Assembly (NCBI GenBank): GCA_964247055.1
Contig: OZ176055.1
Coordinates: 2,232,001 to 2,296,000, forward strand
Length of the DNA stretch: 64,000 bases
Origin: Paragordius varius
Taxonomy: Eukaryota; Animalia; Nematomorpha
Direction of reading: 5' to 3'
Positions 38,514-50,185 of this stretch are shown here, one piece after another; the first letter of the stretch is position 1, and each line of letters starts with the position of its first letter. The translations under genes were made by a program, and so were the position numbers. The notes under the pieces were generated by a model, which saw only the letters and a list, made by a program, of their open reading frames with translations, was not told where the DNA came from and searched no databases.

Positions 38514-41500
38514 ATTTCCCAGTCAAATAAAAGTGTCCCTAGTCAATCGAAACGTTTTCCGAATCAATCGAAACGTTTTCCCAGTCAACCGAAACATTTT
38601 CCCAGTCAATAAAAACATTTTCCCAGTCAATAAAAACGTTTTCCCAGTCAATACGGTTTTATTTTTGATGATAAATATCAAAACAAGAATATAAAAACAA
38701 CTTTTAACCATTATCAGCGTAATATATGGAGATAATTTTTTATTAAAAACACAATTATTAAATGACAATTTTTCTAATTATATTCCAGTGTACAATCATT
38801 AATGACTTATTCTTTAAAAGTTATATTTTTGGAATTTGAGTTAAGATATTTTTTATTTTATCGATGGTTCGCATTAATATTTGCGGAACGCTTCACAACA
38901 GTTTATAAATATGTCAGGTTCGTCGATAAAAATACTGTTGGAAAAAACAACTAAACGAAAATTATTTTGATAAATGTTTTTGATTTAAAAATATTTAATA
39001 AAAAGGATATTTGACTAATACAAGGGTGTCCAACTAAATACCCTCGCGGGCCGCATTTTTAATTCAAAAAGCACACGGTTCCCCATTCAAAATATATACG
39101 GGCATTCACCTAATTTTTCGATTAATAAGATTATAAAATACAAACACAATATAACAATTTTTTTAATTCATTAGCAATTTAAAATCTTCATTCATAATAA
39201 TTGCGTAAGAAATACAAATATTACTAAAATTTTGTGGGCATATTTTTGCATATGGTTTTCCAAATTTTTTGCGGCCCGCGCAAAGATACTCGGAAGGCCG
39301 CCTTAGGCCCCCAACCAAATGTTAAATAGTATAAAATTTATGTTTAAGATCCAATATAAAGTGTTAAATGACCTTTGTGAGGTATATTTTTATAAATTTT
39401 ATTATTTCCTCCGTAACTATAGATTTTTTAAGTTAGCCGCAAATATTAATGCGAACCATCGATAAAATAAAAAATATTATCTTAACTCCAATTCCAAAAA
39501 TATAACTTTTAAAGAATAAGTCATTAATGATTGTGCACTGGAATATACCTGGAAAAATTGTCATTCAATAATTGCGTTTTTAATTAAAAATTATCTCCAT
39601 ATATTACACTTATAATGGTTAAAAGTTGTTTTATATTCTTGTTTTGATATTTATCATCAAAAATAAAAACCTTTTTATTGACTGGGAAAACGTTTGGTTG
39701 ACTGGGAAAATGTTTCGGTTGACTGGGAAAACGTTTATTTAGACTGGGAAATGGTCTATATATATACATGTACACGTATCGAATAAAGATATATACCATA
39801 AATATATGTCTCAAATTTACCCTTAAATACTTCAAATTACCCTCGATTTCAAATTCTTCCTTAACATTCATCCACGCTTAAAAATAAAATTTTTGCTATT
39901 GTTTTTTTTTTGAAAATAAGATTTTAAAATAATACATTCAAAAATAAGATATTTCGAACAGATGTGTCCAATACAAATATTTTTGCAAATTGATTTTTTT
40001 GGTTTTATTATTATTTTGGATGATATCTTTTAAATAATCGTAAATATTTAATTAAACAATTTTTTATTTTAACATTCCATAGCATTTTTGCGTACCGAAT
40101 AAAGCGTGTTGGACATCGCTGTTTATATTATAAATAATTATAACTCTTTCAGTCAAAAGTAACATTTTTAACAAACGCAACTTCAAGCAAAAAGACAAAA
40201 TGTTTTTGCTTAAAAATATATTGCGTTTGGTTATAAAGTATAGCTTTTAACTGAAAAATAGTATAGTTATTAACTCAAAAACACATTTTTTGGATTAATT
40301 CAAAATGTTTAAAATTAAATTAAAAATATTTTGATAATTTTTGAAATGTTTAGGGGTTTAAAGGTGTTTTTGGAATAATTTTTAAGTGTAAATGGTATAA
40401 TACGAACAAATTTACCATCATCGATTGCCCCTAAATGGGAATATATAATTTATATAGGTAAAAATACAATAAAGTATTAGTGAGTTTTACCAACTCAAGG
40501 TCGACATTTTATCGCCAATTTTTTTATTATTAAAAATCGAAATAGGACAAATTTAAAATTGAGTCAATCAAAGGAGTTAAACTAAAATAGGAAAAAAATT
40601 TATCTTGAAAAAACGAATGAGTTTTATATAAATTTTATTAATGTACGCGAAACGATCTGTTAAGCAACTGTTTTATCTAGATTCACCTTAAAAAAGAAAA
40701 TATATTAAGTTAATAATAATATAAGATAATAATTTTTTGGTAATATATATAAATTTTATCTGTAATTTATCCACTACCCATATTTCATTAATAGAATCAT
40801 TAAAAAGTTGAATAAAGAAGACATTTCATACCTGGAATATTTTCATCTATTTAAAGACAAAAAATTAAAATTATGAATTTATTAAATCCTATAGTTCCAA
40901 TTAATTCTCAATTAAAAGATTTTAGGATATTTGAATTAATCAAACATATAGCGCTTGGCACCAATACAAAAAAAATTTCCAACACTGGCACATGTGAATC
41001 ACTTTTTGCATCAAAAAGCTACACAAATCCTTTAAAATTTCTAGGTTATGTGTTTTTTTGAAAATGATTCTCGAAAATAGACTGAAGCATGATAGTTTTG
41101 TTAGTATGCTCTTTTTTAAAAATATTTTCTTAATTGCATTTGGTGTGTGCTTGCTCAAAAGGGACTTTACTGTACCCAAAATTAATCAATTTAAATTTTA
41201 TTGACAAAATCAACTATTATTAACAGTTTAAAAATATATAATAAGTTTTAGCTGTAAAATATAATCTCATTAACTTGAATTTTTAAGGACTTGTTCCATG
41301 TTGACAACTATATATATGTATATATATATATATATATGTACATTAGGGAATTATTGTGCTTAATTAAACATTACAAACCTTCTTCACCAGTTGTCTCCGC
41401 CGCTTCTATTATTGATTGATTAAATTAAAACCAAACCTTCCAGGCCTAAATATATATAAATATATATTGGGGTAAAATTAATTTTTAATGTTATAGAGTG

Positions 41501-44500
41501 CATAGAAGTCCTACATCTTTTAAAAGATTAACTAAAGCGATAATTAAAACGACAAATTAAATTTAATAAAATTTATATACCATATATATTATGTAAACAG
41601 GATTGGGTAAAATTTTCAATATATTTTATTGTTCTTTGGTACCCGTAGGTTAACAATTTTAAGCCAAAATATTTAAATTAGCCTAATATAAAAAGGGGAT
41701 TTTATGTACAAATTTTAATCGTTATATAATCTAATAACACGTTTGAGAGCAGTGCCTTTAACCTCTAAAAATTGCCAAGAAATTATTTTTACCCTCTTAT
41801 TAACACGGATACATATGGTTTGTGTCCAAATTCGTTACCTTAAAAATCCAATCCGGATATAATGTTAGTTTCGTAAAAATATAATGAACAAAAACCTAAC
41901 ACTTGTATAAAAGATATTAATTTTCCCCTAAAATATGTGTAATTTACTTTCGATGATTGTTGAAGGCTCAGAAATATCAGGATTTACGGTGGGGGTATGA
42001 TATTCAACTAAAATTAGGTTTTTTTATACTGTAAGGTGGTTCATAAGGGAATGGATTACCTAAATCCATAAAAAAATTAGTTTCTCTCCCATTAATAATT
42101 AATTGTGATAGAAATAAAATCAAACGTATAGTTTTTATAGCAGAATCTGTGCTTAAATAATTTATTGTGTAGTAACGTGAGCATGTGCGTTATTCTATCT
42201 ATACAGTACTATTCTACAAACTGAGTTTGTGATTAATTTTAATATCAAGACATTATATGATCAAATTTCCTTAAATATAAAGGGACTCAGTGTTTTATAT
42301 AAGCCAAAAGACATTTAAGCCGGCTAATTCATCGAGAGACTTGAAGGGTTTAGCAAATGATCTAAATCCGTGGTGTTAAAGTCGTGGCCCTAAAAGTGCT
42401 TTTTATAGCCCTGAGTTATTAGTTTAATATTTTGACGTATACTTATTTTGGGTAAAATTATATGCAAATGTGTCAAGCAGCTAAAAATATTATTTGCGGC
42501 CCATTGGTGAGTACAGTGATCTTAACTCAGCATTTTTATCAGATCCATTAAATAAATGTTATATGCAATACACTTATAATTACAGTATTAGTAAGTATGC
42601 ATTGCTAGAAAGTTATCAATTATTGCCAAATAGCTTATACAACAAAGAGTAGTATTATTGTCTTATTGTTATTTTTTCCCTTTTTACTATTAAAAGCCAA
42701 TAATAATTCTGTTTGCTGTAAATGTTATTTAGCACTAATTAAAAACTTTCTAGCAAAATATAGTTACGCATACTGTAATACAATTTTTAGTTTTATACAT
42801 ACGATCAACTTAATATAAACAGAACAACACATTAACACTGTGGGCAAAAAAGAGGGTCATTTTGATTTAACTAAAAAATTTTTTCTCATGAGATTATAAC
42901 CAGCGTATACATTTGCTGCAAAAATTTATATTTGTTGACAACCTAGTTTTTGAATTATAGAGAGAAAATCGAAATCGGGAAAAAAGTGAAAATTAAGGAT
43001 AATTCAAAAAATAATAAAATTTGAAATATTATGGTTTATTATTTTAGGAAATATTTTCAAATATATTTCTAAAATCATATAGTTAGGGTTTCTATATATT
43101 TTCAGCTCAAAAGATGGCGTTTTTCTTTTAATACACTTAAAAGACAAAAAAATTATATTAAAATAATTTTTCTATTTACTAGCTTAACTCACTATTAAAA
43201 TCTTAACATCCATATTTTATCCAGTAAAAAAACTTGTATATAAAAATAAAACCAAAATATTGTTTTTTATTTTTACATTTTTTTGGCATCTGGTTTGTGA
43301 GTGAGTGTATAAAATTATAGTTTTATTTTAATATATCTTACATGAGTGCAAACTATGTATAGAATTTATGAAAAATAAGAATTTAAATTAGTGGAATATC
43401 AACCAATCCGTACAAATTCTATTCAAATATTAATTTGCATAGAACAGACTTGTTACAGTTTAAAGATTGTTGGTTGATATTCCAAATCCTTTTTTGCATA
43501 AATTATATACTTAATAATTGCCACTCATGTAAAAATCCTAAATAAAACAGTATATTTTTATACACTCACAAACCAGATGACAAAAAAATGCAAAAATAAA
43601 AAACAATATTGGTTTTATTTTAATACATAAGTTTTACTGAATAAAAATGATGGTTAGGTAGTTTTTAATAGTGAGTTTAGGTAGTTAACAATTCAGAAAA
43701 ATACTATTATTTTTTTATTTTTTAGTTTGATAAAAGAAAAACGCCATCTTTTGAGCTCATATTTTATACAAACCCTATATATTTGATTTTAACTATTTAT
43801 GTATTGAAAATATCTCCTAAAATGATAATAAACGATAATATTTCAAATTTTATCATTATTCTTGAATCATTAATTTTCCTTAATTTCCTTTTTTGCCCGA
43901 TTTCAATTTTCTCTCAATATTTCAAAAACTAGGTTGTTAATAAATAAAACATTTTGCGGCAAATTAATCGCTGGTTATAAGCTATCTCATCAAAAAATTT
44001 TTGTTAAATTTTTTGCACACAGTGTAATAATCAAACAACACAAAGGCAATAATGAAATGCATTCGTTGTGGTTACGTAATCATACATGGAAATTATTACA
44101 CGAAAATATTTTTTATATATGATTTAACAAATTGACATATGTAAGAAAACAACTCAAAGTCACTTATTAAGTATGGTGTAACCCAGAGGTGTCCAACACG
44201 CTACGCGGCCCTTAAAATTATATCGGCAGCCCTCCGCAAGCATTAAAATACCACATCACAAAATTTTATCATTGAAAAATGAATTTTTATAATTTTTAGT
44301 AAAAATGTGAATAATTGTTTTATTGAGTACAGTCTTAGTTTGAAATGTAATAAAATTGTTGATGTACATAAATAGAGTGTGGCATGTGAGATTTTCAAGG
44401 TGAAAATAAGCTTATTAAGTTATTTTTGTTGGACACCCCTAATAATTATCATGGATAAAAAAAACATCGGATAGGTGTAATTGCATAAAAATTAATTGGG

Positions 44501-45313
44501 ACTTACTCCGATCTATAATAAGGGTATAATGTAGATAAGGGAATAAATAATTCTAACTTACGTGTTGATCGTAGTTTATCAAAGATAATGACTAATAAGA
44601 GATGGGAATATTATTAAATGTATGTAAATTGGTTAATTTTGTGCTAATTTGTGATAGATAAAATTTAACTGACTATAAATATATATTTTAAATTAAGTTT
44701 TATAATATTCTATAGATTTATCAATAAGGTTTAAATTTTTACTGGTTATCATAAACCATTACAAAGATAAAAATAAGCAACTGTTAAAACATTTCTTTAA
44801 CACATAAAATTTATCATAATCGCTAACAACACTATAAAAAATTTTAATGACTATATGTTTAAGTATTATTCTTTTTTATACAAGAAGTTAGTTTATGTCA
44901 GTCAACCAAAACAGTTTAAAAAAATATTTATTGTTTTTTTAATATAAGGAGGGACTAGCGTTTTAATTTAAGATATTAATAAATACCCAATGAAGGTGCT
45001 GTAAAATTAATTTAATCATATATATATTTATATATAAATTGAAATTTACGGACAAAACGTATAAAAACAAATTTTTATTTTAAAAGATAACCATACTTTT
45101 ATAACCCCTAATTTATCCTATAAAAATGATTTAATTACATTTGTAAAATTTATTGATTGTTACCAATATATATGTCATTTCATTGACAGTTTTAAACAGT
45201 TAGTTATATTTAAAAAAACAAGATATAAATATTATAATCTTTTGAAAAAAATTGTCTTTATTTGTTTTGTCCGTATATTTTTAATTGTATATATATATAA
45301 TTTTAATTTTTAC

Positions 45314-45357
<44 letters not shown>

Positions 45358-48300
45358 AATGTTTTACCTGAGTCAACTTTAAACCAAAATATTGTAAATT
45401 TGGAATTTTGTATATAAAAAATATAATTAGAATATTAACATACTTTCACCTATAATAAATAAAATTTATCAATTAAATATTGATACGTTTTGTCCTCGTT
45501 GGTGGCACGCTTCCATCCAACTTTTTATTGTCTTCTTAAAAAAATAAATAGAAACTAACAATGTTTTGTCTAAATTAATGATAAATTTCATTATTTCAAA
45601 GATTATATTTTATCAATGTTGTCATTAAAACAAAAGTCTAATAATTATATAACCTTTATTTTTTATAGCCATTTGCACCATGTGATAAAAATCTTCTGCC
45701 TGGCCTATAAGTAATAATATTAATAAAAATAATAGCAGGAAAATAATTTTAGAATGAGTGATACTTACCAGAACCACCAAATATTGTTGCTACATCATAA
45801 ATATCCATATAAAAAATAATTTTGTAAAATCGCCCCTATAAATATCAACCTCCTAGGAAGTTTTTGCCTTCATATAATAGTTATCTCATTTTGATAATCA
45901 TGCATTTTTCTGACATTTAATAAAGTAAAAGCAATCATAAAATTGTTTATCGACTGCTAGGCTTCAAATTCTGGCACTCCAGGCATTTAGTGTAAAAGAC
46001 CGGCGCCTTCCCTATTATTTTTAGGACTGAAATAAACATATATGGGGATGTATCAGAAAAACTTTCAAACTTTTATTATCACGGATTTTATTTCATAACT
46101 ATTAATTTTAAATTTGCAATATATTTTTTGACTCACAATTTACCTAATATTATATATATATATATATATATATAACAGTGGCCATATCATTTGTTAACTC
46201 GGTCTTTTTTTCCTATTAACGATTTAAGATATACAGCAGGGGTGGCCAACGAGGTGACCGCGGTCACTTTCGTGACCGCGACAACTCAAAAAGTGACCGC
46301 CTGAAAATATTTTTTTTTAAAAAATTTTATTGATTTTTTTCGGATAGTTGGCTACTTCTGAGCGAATTTAAATTTAAAATACAAAAAAATACGGTTTAAA
46401 TTAAATAAAACGTCTAAGAAAAGGGTGTAAAAAAATTATTTTATTAATTATAATTCATATGTTTTGGAGCATTTGCATTAAAACTTAAAATCAGTCATTT
46501 CCCTTGAATATATCAAAACTTTGAGCAAAGCTTATTCATAAATCAGAAGCATAATCGTGAAGTTAGATTTGATTTGATACACCAAAAGTAGGTTTTTAAA
46601 ACTTATATTTTAGAATGAGCCAAAAAAAGTTGTACAGATACAAGAAAGATTGGGAGCATGAATACTTTTTTATTATGATAAATGAAACATGCACCTGTCT
46701 AATATGTAATAGTACTGTTGCTTTGCCCAAAAAGTCAAATATTGAAAGACATTATAGATCTCTGCATCCACATTACTCCAAAAACTACCCCTTACAAACT
46801 CAAGAACGCAACATTAAAGTAAAGGAATTAAAAGAACAATTATCCGCCTCACAAAATAGCATACTTAAATACAACAAAGACTATAAAAATGCTACGATTG
46901 CTTCATTCAAGGTAGCGGAAATACTCATTCAGAACAATAAGCCATTCCAAGATGGTGAAATATTTAAAGAAGCCTTTATTAGCGCTTGTGATATTTTATT
47001 TGAAATAATATTATGACAGCTATTAAAAGCATAAGCTTATCGAGAAATACCGTTATGCGCAGGGCTGATTATGAAATTTTACATGAAAATATTAATAACT
47101 GTATTTTTTTTCCTTGCAACTCGATGAGTCCACCGATTATGTTGGAATCGCCCAATTATGCATTTTTATTCGTATGATATTTAGTGATTTATCTGCAAAG
47201 GAGGAATTATTAACTATAATACCTCTCCACGAACGAACCAGAGGGCAGGATATTTTTGATTCTTTTTATAAATTTATCACAGATACGAAACTTCCCATCG
47301 TAAAACTCGCATCTATAACTACTGATGGAGCTCCAGCTATGATTGGCGTTAACAACGGCTTTATCGCTTTATGTAAAAATCACAGTGCATTTCCCAAGTT
47401 CATTGATTACCATTGTATAATCCATAATCAAGTTTCATGTTCAAAAGTTTTAAAATACCATCATGTAATGAACCCCTGTTTTAAAATTGTTAACGCCATT
47501 CGAACAAAAAGCTTGTCCCGCCACCAATTTCGAATTTTGTTAAATGAGTGCGGCGTGGAATATGGAGAACTTTTATTACATACTGATGTAAGGTGGTTGA
47601 GTCGTGCCGCATTTTTAATTAGATTTAGGCAACTTTTACCACAAATAGAAATTTTTTTAGAGAATTCTAAATTTTCATACCCTGAATTGAAAGATCAAGA
47701 TTGGCTGCTTGATCTTGCATTTTTATGCGATATCACGGAAAAATTGCATAAATTAAACATCCAATTACAAGGAAAAGATAAAACAATAATGGATATGATG
47801 GGTGCTTTAAAATCTTTTAAGGAAACACTAACAGTAGTAGAAACACAATTAAAAAACCGAGATTTAAAACATTTTTTTAATCTGGCAGCGGTGTCTGAAA
47901 AAATAGAGAATCTCTCTTTTGAAAAATATGCAGATGATATTGGTCATTTTGAAAAACGATTTTCATCTATAAATAAACTTGAAGACATCGCTATTTTTTT
48001 ATCATGCCCATTTAATAATAATAATAATGTTGAATATATTGCTCAAAAACTCAGCCACTTTCTTGGTGTACCAAATTTAGCAGAGTTGGAAGAGGAATTA
48101 ATAAATGTTAAATGCGATATCCATCTAAAATCATTAGGATCAGATATATATAAATTTATAAATAAAGATAAATACCCCCATATTTGGAAAACCGCTGCAT
48201 TATTCAATTCTTTTTTTGGATCCACATATTTATGTGAATCGGCTTTTTCAATTATGAATGCTATCAAAACTAAACAGAGGTCACAATTAACTAATAAACA

Positions 48301-50142
48301 TTTAGAATCATGTTTGAGAATTGCTTTGACTTCATTTGAACCTAATTTAGATAAACTTTCTGAATTTTTTCGCAGTCGGGCGTTTTAAATATTTTTTTCT
48401 TTATTAAATATGGATTTTTATCGAGTTGTATTTTCGCTTAGGAAAAGGCCGATTTACTAAAAAATATGTGGATAGAATTAAAACTGATACAATTTTAATG
48501 TACTCTTATTTATGTTCAAATTATGGTTCTAAATTGGAATGCTATTTTTTATTTCTTTTATTTTTTGTATCATAATGTATTCTCCCCTGTAATTTCAAAT
48601 GCATTGTTAAATTTTTATATTGTAAAATTTGATATAATAGAAATTTAATAAATAAATATTTTGAAGTGTTTTATGTTGGTTAAAAAATTAAGGTAGTTAA
48701 TAACCCGTTGTCTTTTAATTAAAATTATTTTTGTATTTGGTTGATAGATAAAAAAATTACAATTTTAAAATGGTTTAAACAAGTCACTCTAATCTGTAAA
48801 GCAGGTATATACATCATTTAAAGTGTTGATTGAGTTTTTTTGATAAATATTTCTGGGTGACCGCGAACTCTTTTTTTTAACAAAAAAGCCAAAAAAAAGC
48901 TCGCGACAAAAAAAGTTTGGCCACCCCTGATATACAGTATGCATAATAGTTGCTTATTTACTACGGTTGGGCAAATTGTTACATTTGTGTATGAAAAAAA
49001 GAAAGGAAAAAATTTTTTATTAACATTTTTTTTTCAATACACTCTTGTGTTGATAATTAACCAACTATAGTGTGAAATAAGCAACCATTAAAATACTGTA
49101 ATTAATAGATTTGTTAAACAATTTTCATAACATACATACATGTATAAGACACTTTAAAGTATTTGGTTATATTCTGTTTGCGTTTGTAAATATTCATTTG
49201 CATAGTAGTGGAATCTATTGAAAGATACATCATATGAGTAATTGTTAATTAAACATATCTTTTCATGATTATACTGTAGGGCTGAGGGATAATAGCTTTG
49301 TCAATTATAGCATAATTTTTAGTTCTAAGTTGTTTCTTCAATTCAGATATTTCCATATCTGAAAAAATAAATAAATAATATCAATTTGTATTTAGACATA
49401 AATAATATGTATGTGCATTAGATTTTAGTTTAAGCAAATTATCAATATGATATTTTCAGTAATGAAAAATATTAAACTACGTGGTAAAAAATCAAAAAAT
49501 AAAGTTTAATGAAATATATATCATTCAATAGCTGAAATCATGATAATGAATATAGATTGGATATTTGCATTTAAAATACCAGAAAAAAAGTTATTTGAAT
49601 ATTTCTATTATTAGCCAAAATCAAAAAATCACATTTTTAATGCATATTAGTCAAATTAAATTAAATATAAGAGATGAAATAGTGTCGACTAAATTTTATT
49701 AATTCTAAACGCAAAATATTATCAAAAATTTTGATTACAAGGTAAAAAATCGCACTTTGGCGTCAAATTAGGATTCACAAAATTTATCAATAGGTAATAT
49801 AAAATTTGAATTTATAATCTAATATATATTACCCAATATATTGCCTTAAAAGTCTTAAGCCTTATGTAAAAAAAAATTTTCGATTTGCACCAAAGCGGAA
49901 GCTGCCTATAACTTTTACAAAACATCCCTCATATATACTAAAATTTTTTCCATACAATTCGATGCAGAAAAAAGGATCTATCATCTGAAATTTTTGATTA
50001 AGGGAATTGTTTTACCTGAAAATCTTGATTATATATTTTTTGGCGCCATTTTTGCTTTTATACTGGCCTTAGTGCATAAACCCTAATCAATAATTTAGAT
50101 GATAGATCTTTTTTCAGATCGAATTGTATGGAAAAAAGTATT

Positions 50143-50185
<43 letters not shown>

